A stretch of 64,000 nt of DNA from an uncultured Acidobacteriota bacterium (GCA_963770995.1 CAVYRS010000001.1:502815-566814); one strand, 5' to 3'; positions 27,764-37,076 are shown, numbered from the stretch's first letter. Program-made: numbers and translations. The notes: generated by a model not told the origin, from the sequence alone.

Positions 27764-28285
27764 GTGACGGTCGCAATCGGGCTAGTCGCCTCGCAAGCAG
27801 GGGCGCACGACGTGGAGCGCACGCAGGTGCTGCTGGCGTTCGAGCGCGACGGATCGTTCACGCTCGACGTGTCCAACGATCCCAATTGGCTGAAGCTGCG
27901 TCTGGAACGGTTCAACGGAAACTTCATCGATCGCGTCGTACTGTTCGTGGACGGCCACGAGATCCGGCCCACGTCGATCGAATACATCGCCGGCGAAGCG
28001 ATGGCCACACAGCGCATGCGCGGCCGCTTCCCCACCGACGCGCGCACGCTGCGCTGGTACTACGGCATGGTTGTGGATCCGTATCCGCTCGCGATTCGGC
28101 GGGCCGATGGTCGTGTCGTGGTTGAAGAAATTGCGGGCGATGCGTGGAGCGGCGCCATTGACGTGAGCGGTCAGTTCAAGGCGCCGCTGCTCTCCGAGCG
28201 GAGCGTCGTCGTGCTCGTGATTGGCTTGTTCTGCGCGCCGCTATTGCTGCGTCGAGCCCGTCGCGGCCGGCACGAACTTCTGTAG
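27764..28285 (+). CDS. hypothetical protein with C-terminal TM anchor (start uncertain; GTG 27764 chosen)
   Basis: Good GC3 throughout. C-terminal VVVLVIGLFCAPLLLRRARRGR. The track ORF N-terminus (27659..) is the translated repeat. The 3' end overlaps the convergent NHL gene by 45 nt. Confidence 0.55.
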   Translation: MTVAIGLVASQAGAHDVERTQVLLAFERDGSFTLDVSNDPNWLKLRLERFNGNFIDRVVLFVDGHEIRPTSIEYIAGEAMATQRMRGRFPTDARTLRWYYGMVVDPYPLAIRRADGRVVVEEIAGDAWSGAIDVSGQFKAPLLSERSVVVLVIGLFCAPLLLRRARRGRHELL

Positions 28286-29386
28286 CCGCTGGCCGTAGGT
28301 GTCGGCCGCGTACACCGCACCCTTCGAGTCGACGACGATGCCGTGGACCCAGTCGAACTCGCCAGGTCCCCAACCCTGCTTGCCCCAGATCGCGAGAATC
28401 TTGCCGTCCTTCAACGAGAACTTCACCACGCGCTCGTCTTTGTGATCGGCGATGAATCCAACGCCGTCGGTGCCTTTCCGCGAGATGTTCACGTCCCACG
28501 GATTCCAGTCATTTCGAATCTCGCGAACGTAGTTCAAATTCTTGTCGAACACCTCGATCCGGTGACCCTCGCGATCGATGATGTAGAGGTTCTCGTCGGC
28601 GTCCACCGCGAGCTTGTGCGGGAGATTCCATTCACCGGGCCCCGTCCCCTTGTCGCCGGGACCACCCGCGCCCTTCGCCACCTGTTTGATGAACTTGCCG
28701 TTCTTGTCGAAGAGGATCACACGGTTGTTGCCGTACCCGTCGGTGACGATCATGTTGCCGTTGCGGAGAATCGCGATGCCTGACGGCAGGTCCAGGTGCG
28801 TCGGATCGTTCCCCTTCTCGTTCGTCGTCCCGAGCTGGAGCAGGAACTTGTCCAGTTTTGGACCAAGTTTGACGATGCGGTGGGCGTCGCGCTCGATGAC
28901 GTAGACGTTGCCTTCCCAGTCCACGCCGCCCGAGTGCTGCCAGGACGGGTTGATCGTCTTGCCGTTGATCTCCTGATCGCCGCCGGCGAGGATCAGGTTG
29001 CCGTCGCGGTCGAACACCATGACCGGCTTCGCGCCGCGGTTGAACACGTAGATGTGATCCTGCGCGTCGATGGCGAGGCCGGAAATCCCCGGCTGGTTCG
29101 TCGGGCCGCCGGACATCTGATTGCCGCCCTGCCCTGAGCCTGTCGAAGGGGCACCGGTACCACCCGCCCGTGGTGAGCTTGTCGAACCACGTGCGCGCCG
29201 TGCCGCGGCCAGCGCCTCACGCTCGGCCGGAGGCGGCGGTGGCTCCTTCAATCCGAAGAACATCCCCTGCGGCAGCTTCGGCCAGTTCGGCACGCGCCTG
29301 TAGCCGCCGTCGCCTTGGGCCTGCATCGCGGTAGATACCAGCAACAACGCTGCAACCGCCAAGAGCGCGAACACAACTCGTCGCAT
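28241..29386 (-). CDS. exported NHL-repeat six-bladed beta-propeller protein (PAL-like)
   Basis: ATG 29386 with GGAGG 5 nt upstream. Signal peptide MRRVVFALLAVAALLLVSTAMQAQ. Repeated NHL blades: GLAIDAQDHIYVFNRG, VDWEGNVYVIERDAHRIVKL, IAILRNGNMIVTDGYGNNRVILFD, LAVDADENLYIIDREGHRIEVFD, IVVDSKGAVYAADTYGQRLQKF. Confidence 0.85.
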   Translation of the reverse strand: MRRVVFALLAVAALLLVSTAMQAQGDGGYRRVPNWPKLPQGMFFGLKEPPPPPAEREALAAARRARGSTSSPRAGGTGAPSTGSGQGGNQMSGGPTNQPGISGLAIDAQDHIYVFNRGAKPVMVFDRDGNLILAGGDQEINGKTINPSWQHSGGVDWEGNVYVIERDAHRIVKLGPKLDKFLLQLGTTNEKGNDPTHLDLPSGIAILRNGNMIVTDGYGNNRVILFDKNGKFIKQVAKGAGGPGDKGTGPGEWNLPHKLAVDADENLYIIDREGHRIEVFDKNLNYVREIRNDWNPWDVNISRKGTDGVGFIADHKDERVVKFSLKDGKILAIWGKQGWGPGEFDWVHGIVVDSKGAVYAADTYGQRLQKFVPAATGSTQQ

Positions 29387-29405
29387 AGAACCTCCAGATC
29401 GATCA

Positions 29406-29475
29406 GCCACGAAAGCACGAAATCACGAAAATCATCCTGTACACATCACGTTTCGTGTTTTCGTGTTCTCGTGGC
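29406..29475. repeat. octamer-array hairpin element (CACGAAA class)
   Basis: GCCACGAAA-GCACGAAA-TCACGAAA ... GTTTCGTG-TTTTCGTG-TTCTCGTGGC. It lies between the MFS stop (29481) and the NHL start (29386) on the - strand. Confidence 0.9.
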
Positions 29476-29480
29476 AGATC

Positions 29481-30712
29481 CTAAACTCTCGCGGGCACTG
29501 CCGCACGCGCGGGCTCCGCATGCGGGTTCTTCGCCATGAACAGCGTCGCGAGCGCAACAATCGACACGCCGGCGGCAATGAAGAACGCCCACCGGTATTC
29601 GCCGGTGGCGACGTACACGCGCCCGCCGAGATACGGACCGAGGATCCCGGCGACGCCCCACGCCGTGAGCAGCAATCCGTAGTTGAAGCCGACGTTTTTC
29701 GTTCCGTAGAAGTCCGCGCTCGTGGACGCGTACACCGACAACTGCGTGCCGTAGCAGTAGTAGACGAGCGCGAGCAGCAGGTAGAAGAGGACGACATTCT
29801 CGCGCAGCAGGAAGAGCAGCGGCATCGTGGCGGTCGACACGAAGAGCAGAAGGCGGATCGTATTCAAGCGGCCCACGCGATCCGACATCCACCCCGACAG
29901 CACGCGGCCGACACGCTGCCGATGGCGCCGACGGTGATTGCATAGGCGGCAGCCGTCGCACCGTGCCCCGCAGCGCGCGCGAACGGCACGAGCTGGCTGA
30001 TCACCATCGTGCCCGCCGTCGTGCCCAGACAGTAGGCGACCCACAGCGCCCAGAACGTCTGCGTGCGCACCATATCCGACGCCATCATGTCCGCGCCGCC
30101 GCGAGCGGCCGCGCGAGCCATCGCCGGATCCCAGCCCTCCGGCCGGTATCCCGGTGGAGGGTTCTGCAGCAAGTACGTCGCGATCAGCGTCATCGCGAAG
30201 AACAGCAGCGCAAAAATCTGGAACGTGCTCCGCCAGCCGACCTGTTCGATCAACGACGAGGCGATCGGACCGAAAATCCCGGACCCCGCGCCATAGCCGC
30301 CGACCATCATCCCCACCACCAGGCCGCGCTTGTCCGGAAACCATTTCGCGCCGACCGAGGTCGGCACGACGTAGCCGAAGCCGCCGCCGATGCCCGAGAT
30401 GAACCCGGCGGTCACGAAGAACCAGGTCAGGGACTGGGTGTAGCTCGCGAGGAAGAAGCCGAGGCTGAACAGCGTGCCGCCGATCGCCGCCACGATGCGC
30501 GGGCCGCGCAGATCGTGAATGCGCCCGGCGAACACGTACCAACCGGCGACCATCGCAATGCCAATCGTCGTCACCCACGACGTCTGCGCGCGCGTCGAGC
30601 CGAACTCTTTTTCGAGCGGCAGCATGAACGCGCTCATCGCATAGAGCGTACCCAGGGTGATGTTCAGCATCACGCCGCCGACAACGGGGAGCGAGCGATT
30701 CGGCGTGTTCAT
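29481..30712 (-). pseudogene. MFS transporter (oxalate/formate antiporter-like) with one frameshift
   Basis: The N-terminal 270 aa lie in the frame of track ORF 29864..30745 (MNTPNRSLPVVGGVMLNITLGTLYAMSAF...AITVGAIGSV). The C-terminal 140 aa lie in the frame of ORF 29481..30779 (GRVLSGWMSDRVGRLNTIRLLLF...). The junction is consistent with a 1-nt deletion near 29909-29912. Confidence 0.8.
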
Positions 30713-31314
30713 CGGCTCGTCGGGGCCGCAACGTCCTTGCGCCACCAGGGGTTGCCGTAATTGCGATACGGCCCGCCATCCACCGACAGCGTCGTCGCCA
30801 CCTTGTAGTTGAGCGGCGACAGCAGGCGCAGCGCGTGCTTGATGCGAAGCGTCTTGCCGGCGTGGTTGAACGGCGAGCTCTCGAAGTAGATGTTGTAGTA
30901 GCCGCCCAGATCGCCGCCGATCGTGCCGATCTGCAAGTAGGTGAAGCCGCGGCTGTCGGTCGCCTGCCGCGCGAGCGCTTTCTGCTCCTTGTGGTACGCG
31001 ATCAGCTCACGAAGCTTGAAGGCGCCGCCGGGCCCGACGGCGTCCGTGTTCGCCTCGTAGAATCGCCCGTCGACCGGCTTGTAGACCGTTGTGCCGGTGA
31101 TGCGGCCCGCCGGACCGAGCGGCCCCTCGGGCACGTCCCACTCGAACGTCCACTTGCCGGGAAAGTACTCGTCGAAGTTGAACGGCGGCAGCGCGTCCTC
31201 GGATTTCGTCGGCCGGCCAAGATCGGGCATCTGGCCCTTCGGGAGCGGAGTCTGCGCAGCGAGCGCCCCAGCCGCCAGAACTACTCCCAGTGCCGGCAAC
31301 AATAGATCTGCCAC
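30709..31314 (-). CDS. exported hypothetical protein
   Basis: GTG 31314 gives M-ADLLLPALGVVLAAGALAAQTP (signal peptide). Its TGA overlaps the ATG of the MFS gene (ATGA at 30709-30712). The start codon lies within the terminal GCCACGAAG of a hairpin element. Confidence 0.65.
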   Translation of the reverse strand: MADLLLPALGVVLAAGALAAQTPLPKGQMPDLGRPTKSEDALPPFNFDEYFPGKWTFEWDVPEGPLGPAGRITGTTVYKPVDGRFYEANTDAVGPGGAFKLRELIAYHKEQKALARQATDSRGFTYLQIGTIGGDLGGYYNIYFESSPFNHAGKTLRIKHALRLLSPLNYKVATTLSVDGGPYRNYGNPWWRKDVAAPTSR

Positions 31315-31374
31315 GAAGACACGAAAACACGAAGAAGACTTCCTTGGGTTTCGTGCTTTCGTGATTTCGTGTCT
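31310..31374. repeat. octamer-array hairpin element (CACGAAG class)
   Basis: GCCACGAAG-ACACGAAA-ACACGAAG ... TTTCGTG-CTTTCGTG-ATTTCGTGTC. Confidence 0.9.
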
Positions 31375-31418
31375 GCTTCGAACGCCTCGGCTCATTGCGT
31401 GCTCCACGCCCCGGAAGT

Positions 31419-31913
31419 CTATCGCACGTCCACGCCGTTCGACCATTTCTCCATCGTAAACAGCGGCGTACCGAAGAGCTCGTAGGGTGGCGCGCTCGTG
31501 CGGACGAAACCGGCGCGCTCGTAGAGCTGAATCGCGGAGGCCAGGAACGGTGTTGTGCTCAAATAGAAATGGTGACGGTTCTGCGCGGCGGCGAACTCCT
31601 CCACCTGATGCAGCAGGTTCCGCGCGATTCCGCAGCCGCGCGCCGCGGGCCCAACCGCCATGCTGCGAACGTACACGCCATCCGGTCGGACCACGGCGGA
31701 CACAGTTCCGGCGATCCCGCCGTCGTGTTCGGCGACCCAGATCGGGCCGTCGGCGAATCGCCGCTCGATTTCGTCCCGGCTCAGCGTGGTGGCACGATAC
31801 CCGTCGGGCGTGTAGAGACGCTCGAATTCGACGAAGGCGTCGGCGAGCAGCGATGCAATCGCTTCGGCGTCGGTCGGCGCCGCCACCCGGACGGCAACAG
31901 TGTCGACAATCAT
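31419..31913 (-). CDS. GNAT family N-acetyltransferase
   Basis: ATG 31913 (MIVDTVAVRVAAPTDAEAIASLL...). Acetyl-CoA motif VGPAARGCGIARNLL. Confidence 0.85.
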   Translation of the reverse strand: MIVDTVAVRVAAPTDAEAIASLLADAFVEFERLYTPDGYRATTLSRDEIERRFADGPIWVAEHDGGIAGTVSAVVRPDGVYVRSMAVGPAARGCGIARNLLHQVEEFAAAQNRHHFYLSTTPFLASAIQLYERAGFVRTSAPPYELFGTPLFTMEKWSNGVDVR

Positions 31914-31930
31914 GGCGGACGGAGTGTAGC

Positions 31931-33178
31931 TCAGGTCTCGAGCTCTCGGAGCCGGCGCTCGAGAAATCGCCGCTGCGGCTCCTGACGCGTCAGCTCCAGC
32001 GCACGCTGATACGACGCGCGCGCGTCCTCGGTCTTCCCCAGGCGGCGGCACAGATCGGCGCGGGCCGAGTGCGCCAGCTGGTAATCGGCGAGATCACCTC
32101 GGGCGAGGATCGCGTCGATCAGCGCGAGACCGGCTTGCGGACCATCGCGCATCGCGACGGCGGCGGCGCGGTTGAGATCGACCACCGGCGACGGATCGGC
32201 GCGCGCCAGGACGTCGTACAAGCCGACGATCTGCGCCCAGTCCGTCCGCTCCGCGCTCGGCGCTTCGGCGTGCAGCGCCGCAATCGCCGCCTGCAAGGTG
32301 TAGGGGCCGATCCGGCGCGACGCCAGCGCGCGCCCGACCAACGTGCTTCCCTCGGCAATCTGATCGTGGTTCCAGAGCGATCGGTCCTGTTCGTCCATCA
32401 GGATCAACTCGCCATCTACCGTCGTGCGGGCCGCGCGTCGCGACTCATGGAGGAGCATCAACGCGAGCAGCCCCACCGCTTCCGGCTCAGGAAGCAGCTC
32501 GACGAGCAGCCGTCCGAGACGAATCGCCTCCGCCGACATGTCGTGGCGTGTCAGAGACGCGCCGGAAGAGGCCGAGTACCCTTCGTTGAACACGAGATAA
32601 ACGACGCGGAGTACCGTGTCGAGGCGATCGGGGAGATCCGCGCGCGACGGCAGCTGATACGGAATGCGCGCGTCGCGGATCTTGGCCTTCGCCCGCACGA
32701 TGCGCTGCGCCACCGTGGGGGCGCCGGTCAAGAAGGCATGGGCGATCTCTTCCGTCGTGAGACCGCAGACTTCGCGAAGCGTGAGCGCCACCTGCGCGTC
32801 CGCCGGCAGCGCCGGATGGCAGCACGTGAAGATCAGCCGCAGCCGATCATCGTCCACACCGTCCTCGTCCGGATCGGGCGAGCCGGCGGCCGCCGCTTCG
32901 ATGCGTTCCGCCAACTCACCGAGCGACGCGTCGAACCGCGCGCGGCGGCGCATGCCGTCGATCGCTTTGAAGCGGCCGGTCGAGACGAGCCAGGCGCGTG
33001 GATTGGCGGGGACGCCGTCCGCGGCCCACTGGACCAGGGCGGCCATGAAGGCGTCGTGCAGCGCCTCCTCGGCGAGATCGAAATCGCCGAGAAGCCGGAT
33101 CAACGTGGCGAGGACGCGCCGCGATTCGGATCGGTAGACGGCATCCACCCGTTCGCGAACGCTGGCGTCCTCGGCCAT
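31931..33178 (-). CDS. ECF-type RNA polymerase sigma factor with extended C-terminal (TPR-like) domain, of the type paired with YciI-like proteins
   Basis: 415 aa. Region 2: LLGDFDLAEEALHDAFMAALVQW. Region 4: LTLREVCGLTTEEIAHAFLTGAPTVAQRIVRAK. It lies 20 nt downstream of a YciI-family gene. Confidence 0.85.
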   Translation of the reverse strand: MAEDASVRERVDAVYRSESRRVLATLIRLLGDFDLAEEALHDAFMAALVQWAADGVPANPRAWLVSTGRFKAIDGMRRRARFDASLGELAERIEAAAAGSPDPDEDGVDDDRLRLIFTCCHPALPADAQVALTLREVCGLTTEEIAHAFLTGAPTVAQRIVRAKAKIRDARIPYQLPSRADLPDRLDTVLRVVYLVFNEGYSASSGASLTRHDMSAEAIRLGRLLVELLPEPEAVGLLALMLLHESRRAARTTVDGELILMDEQDRSLWNHDQIAEGSTLVGRALASRRIGPYTLQAAIAALHAEAPSAERTDWAQIVGLYDVLARADPSPVVDLNRAAAVAMRDGPQAGLALIDAILARGDLADYQLAHSARADLCRRLGKTEDARASYQRALELTRQEPQRRFLERRLRELET

Positions 33179-33197
33179 CAGTGTTCCGCGGCTGTTG

Positions 33198-33557
33198 CTA
33201 CGTCGGCTGCTCGAAGACGACCACCGGGCGCACTTCGACGCTGCCCAGCCTCGCCGACGGAATCTTCGACGCCACCTGGATGGCGTCGTTCAGGTCCCGA
33301 GCCTCGATCATGTAGAAGCCGCCCAGCTGCTCCTTCGTCTCGGCGAACGGACCGTCGGTCGTCGAGACCTTGCCGCTGCGCACCCGCACAGTGGTGGCCG
33401 TCTGAACGGGCTGGAGCGCTTCGCCGGCGACATAGTGCCCGCTCTTGCGAATCCCCTCCGTAAAGGCGAAGTACTCGCCCATGAACGCGTCCGATTCAGT
33501 CTTGGACATCCCGCCGAGCTTCTTCTCTTCGTCGTAAATCAGGCACAGGTACTTCAT
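33198..33557 (-). CDS. YciI family protein
   Basis: MKYLCLIYDEE...DGPFAETKEQLGGFYMIEARDLNDAIQVASKIP. Confidence 0.9.
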   Translation of the reverse strand: MKYLCLIYDEEKKLGGMSKTESDAFMGEYFAFTEGIRKSGHYVAGEALQPVQTATTVRVRSGKVSTTDGPFAETKEQLGGFYMIEARDLNDAIQVASKIPSARLGSVEVRPVVVFEQPT

Positions 33558-33659
33558 GACTTCCTCCAAATCGTGTGTGAACTGCTTCGAACACGAGATA
33601 GTCGTTCGCAGGCGTTCGAATTCGACAATCTGCCGACCGTGGTATCGTTCGATTCACTC

Positions 33660-35291
33660 ATGAGTGCTCTGGCCAGCGGCAGAGCTGCCTTCCATCGAGG
33701 CACATGGGCCACCGCGTACGCGCGGCTGTCCGCGGCCGATGCGCAGACTCCACTCGACCCCGAGGATCTGGAGCGGCTGGCGACGGCTGCCGAGTTGATT
33801 GGCAAGGACTCCGAGAGCATCGCCGCGCGGACGCGCGCCCACGCGGGCTGTCTGGAGCGAGGCGACCGTCTCGGCGCCGCCGCCAGCGCCCTCCGGCTCG
33901 CGTTCGGCATGATCGCCGATCCGAACTCGCACGCACAAGCCATGGGATGGTTCGCGCGGGCGCACCGGCTGATCGACGAAGTCAATGTGCCGTGCGTCCA
34001 TCAGGGTTGGCTGGCCTGCGCCTCCGGTCTGCAGCAGGTGTTTGCTGGCGAGCTCGACGCGGCTCGAGCCATGTTCGAGGAAGCGGCTGCAGCCGGCTCC
34101 CGCTTCAACGATCGCGATCTGATCGCGTATGCGCGGCACGGAGAGGGGCGCGCGCTCGTCGGCATGAACCGCAAGTCCGAGGGACTCGCCCTGCTCGACG
34201 AGGTGATGATCGCCGTCACCGGCGGCGAAGTCGGCCCGGTGATTGCCGGCGTCGTCTACTGCAGCGTGATCAGCGCCTGTCACGACCTGTTCGATCTCCG
34301 CCGGGCGCACGAGTGGACCGCGGCCTTGCATCGGTGGTGTGCGGAGCATCCGGACATGGTGCCGTTTCGCGGCCCCTGCCTCGTGCGCCGATCGGAGGTC
34401 ATGCAGCTGCGCGGCGCGTGGCGCGATGCCATGGAGGAGGCTCGGCGCGCATGTGAGCACCTCAACGCTGAGGCCCGCCCGGTCGAACCCGGGGCGGCCC
34501 ACTACCAGCTCGCCGAGCTGCATCGCCTGCAAGGCGACTTCGAAGAGGCCGAGGACGCCTATCGGCTGGCGAGTCAGGCAGGACGCAAACCGCAACCCGG
34601 TCTGGCGCTGCTGCGGCTCGCACAGGGACAAATAGACGCCGCCGATGCGGCGATCCGCCTCGCGCTTCGCGAGACGCGCGCTCCCCGCGCGCGCGTGCAC
34701 GTGTTGGCGGCCGCCGTGGAGATCATGCTGGCGAAAGGTGACCGTGCCGCCGCACGCGCCGCGGCCGACGAGCTCTCGCAGAGTGCTGAACATCTGGAGG
34801 CTCCGTTCCCGCGTGCGGTCGCATCGCAGGCCGCCGGCGCGGTGGAAGTCTGCGACGAACACGCCGAGGCTGCGCTCGCCGCGCTCGACACTGCTCGCAC
34901 CATCTGGCAGGAGCTTGACGTGCCGTACGAGCTGGCGCGAGTCCGCATGCTGATCGGTCTCGCCTATCGGCACCTCGGCGACGAGGATGGCGCGCAACTC
35001 GAGTTCGATGCCGCGCTCGAAGCCTTCGAGCGGCTCGGCGCCGGACCGGATGTGAGGCGCGCCTCCGCGATCGCCGCGACGGCTGAGCCGCCTTCGGCGG
35101 CGGGCCTGACCGGCCGCGAGATCGAAGTGCTGCGGCTGATCGCCACCGGCGCCACCAACCGCGCAATCGCCGCACGCCTCGGCATCAGCGAAAAGACCGT
35201 CGCCCGGCATTTGAGCAACATCTTCACGAAGCTGGATTTGCCGTCGCGCTCGGCAGCCACCGCTTACGCCTACGAGCACAAGCTCGTGTAG
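33660..35291 (+). CDS. LuxR-family transcriptional regulator with large N-terminal helical/TPR sensor region
   Basis: ATG 33660. C-terminal HTH: LTGREIEVLRLIATGATNRAIAARLGISEKTVARHLSNIFTKLDL. The first 155 codons of the track ORF overlap the YciI gene on the opposite strand and are discarded. Confidence 0.85.
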   Translation: MSALASGRAAFHRGTWATAYARLSAADAQTPLDPEDLERLATAAELIGKDSESIAARTRAHAGCLERGDRLGAAASALRLAFGMIADPNSHAQAMGWFARAHRLIDEVNVPCVHQGWLACASGLQQVFAGELDAARAMFEEAAAAGSRFNDRDLIAYARHGEGRALVGMNRKSEGLALLDEVMIAVTGGEVGPVIAGVVYCSVISACHDLFDLRRAHEWTAALHRWCAEHPDMVPFRGPCLVRRSEVMQLRGAWRDAMEEARRACEHLNAEARPVEPGAAHYQLAELHRLQGDFEEAEDAYRLASQAGRKPQPGLALLRLAQGQIDAADAAIRLALRETRAPRARVHVLAAAVEIMLAKGDRAAARAAADELSQSAEHLEAPFPRAVASQAAGAVEVCDEHAEAALAALDTARTIWQELDVPYELARVRMLIGLAYRHLGDEDGAQLEFDAALEAFERLGAGPDVRRASAIAATAEPPSAAGLTGREIEVLRLIATGATNRAIAARLGISEKTVARHLSNIFTKLDLPSRSAATAYAYEHKLV

Positions 35292-35400
35292 CCGGCCTGC
35301 GAAGAATTACCCATTCGGATTTCCAGCACGTCTGCGCAATCCGCCCGATGCGGCGCGGCCGCGTTCTCCCTATTCTTCGAACAAGCACGGAGGAGAGAAC

Positions 35401-36519
35401 ATGGCCGGAACGAATACGACAGAACGCGTGAACACGCTCGTCATCGGCGGCGGTCAAGCCGGCCTGTCGGTCGGCTACCACCTCGCCCGACACGGCGTGC
35501 CGTTCTTGATTCTGGACGGCAGCGAGCGCGTCGGCGACGCATGGCGGCAGCGGTGGGATTCGCTCCACCTCTTCACGCCGGCCAAGCTCGCCGGCCTGGA
35601 CGGCATGCGTTTTCCTGCCCCACCAGACTCATTTCCGACGAAGGACGCGATGGCCGACTATCTCGAGTCGTACGCCCAGACGTTCGCGCTGCCGGTGCGC
35701 TCGGGCGTTCGCGTCGACCGGCTCTCGCGGCTCGGTGACGGTTTCGTGGCCGTGTCGGGCACGAGGCGCTACGAGGCCGATCAGGTGATCGTCGCGATGG
35801 CGAACTATCAGCGGCCGCGCGTGCCCGCGTTCGCCCGCGATCTCGACGCGGGTATCGTGCAGCTCCATTCCTTCGAGTACCGGCGCCCGTCGCAGTTGCA
35901 GACGGGTGACGCGCTCGTGGCCGGCGCGGGCAATTCGGGCGCCGAGATCGCCATCGAGCTCGTGCGCAGCCATGCGACGTGGCTGGCCGGCCCCGATACC
36001 GGCCATATCCCGTATCGCATCGACGGCCTCGCGGCGCGACTGGTGTTTACGCGGCTCGTGCTCCGGGTGGTGTTTCACCGCGTGCTGACGATCGGCACGC
36101 CGCTCGGGCGGAGGGTGCGGCCAACGGTGCTGCACGGCGCCGCACCGCTCATCCGGCTGAAGCCGAGAGACCTCGCTGCCGCGGGCGTCGCTCGCGTGCC
36201 TCGCGTCGCCGGGGTCAGGAACGGCTTGCCGCTGCTCGAGGATGGCCGCGTACTCGAGGTGTCCAATGTCATCTGGTGCACCGGCTACGATCCGGGATTC
36301 TCGTGGATCGATCTGCCGGTGTTCGATGCCGACGGCGATCCGCGGCATGTGGCCGGCGTCGTCGAGAGCGAACCGGGCCTGTACTTCGTCGGCCTCCACT
36401 TCCTGTACGCGTTCTCGTCGGAAATGATTCACGGCGTCGGGCGTGATGCCGCGCGGATCGCAGGTGTCGTCGCGTCTCGAGGCGCCGCCGCGAGGACGGC
36501 ACAGCGCAGCGCGGCGTAA
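35401..36519 (+). CDS. FAD/NAD(P)-binding flavin monooxygenase-like oxidoreductase
   Basis: GGAGGAG upstream. Two dinucleotide motifs: VIGGGQAGLSVG and VAGAGNSGAEIA. Confidence 0.85.
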   Translation: MAGTNTTERVNTLVIGGGQAGLSVGYHLARHGVPFLILDGSERVGDAWRQRWDSLHLFTPAKLAGLDGMRFPAPPDSFPTKDAMADYLESYAQTFALPVRSGVRVDRLSRLGDGFVAVSGTRRYEADQVIVAMANYQRPRVPAFARDLDAGIVQLHSFEYRRPSQLQTGDALVAGAGNSGAEIAIELVRSHATWLAGPDTGHIPYRIDGLAARLVFTRLVLRVVFHRVLTIGTPLGRRVRPTVLHGAAPLIRLKPRDLAAAGVARVPRVAGVRNGLPLLEDGRVLEVSNVIWCTGYDPGFSWIDLPVFDADGDPRHVAGVVESEPGLYFVGLHFLYAFSSEMIHGVGRDAARIAGVVASRGAAARTAQRSAA

Positions 36520-36545
36520 CGGAGCATCGGGATCGGAGGGCGGTC

Positions 36546-36995
36546 ATGCGCACACTATTTGATGATGCCTGCCGCATGGACGTTCTCGCTCGCCTCAGAC
36601 ACGTCCGACAGGATGTGCGACCGTTATGGGGTCGGATGACCGCGCCGGAAATGGTAGTGCACCTCGCAGACCAGATGCGGATGACGCTTGGCAATGCGCG
36701 CTGGACACGGATGCCACCTGCCCATTTGAGATGGCCGGGGATGAAACAGGCTGCCCTCTACTGGCTTCCATGGCCCAAAGGCGGCATCCAGGGTCCGCCC
36801 GAAGCGTTCGTGACGACGCCGACAGACTGGGATGCCGATATCGCGAGGCTGGAGGCGCTGGTCGTGCGCTTCGCCGAGCGTGGGCCGGGCGGCGTCTGGC
36901 CGCAGCATTCCCATTTCGGCCGGCTGAACGGCCGGCAGTGGGGCGTGTTTTGCTATCGTCATTTCGACCACCACCTGCGCCAGTTCGGAGCCTGA
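36546..36995 (+). CDS. DinB-superfamily / DUF1569-like protein
   Basis: 149 aa. C-terminal HSHFGRLNGRQWGVFCYRHFDHHLRQFG is typical of DUF1569. Confidence 0.75.
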   Translation: MRTLFDDACRMDVLARLRHVRQDVRPLWGRMTAPEMVVHLADQMRMTLGNARWTRMPPAHLRWPGMKQAALYWLPWPKGGIQGPPEAFVTTPTDWDADIARLEALVVRFAERGPGGVWPQHSHFGRLNGRQWGVFCYRHFDHHLRQFGA

Positions 36996-37076
36996 GTACC
37001 AAGCGCCGTGCCGCACAGTGTGCCGGTCATGATGAAGCGATCGCCTCCGTGGTCGCGGGTGCGATCGCACGGGCGT

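Noticed and set aside
35300-35379. 8-bp inverted repeat CGAAGAAT ... ATTCTTCG upstream of the flavin monooxygenase gene
   Set aside because: It is only 8 bp with a 64-nt spacer, which is compatible with chance. It has no second copy and no resemblance to the repeat families.
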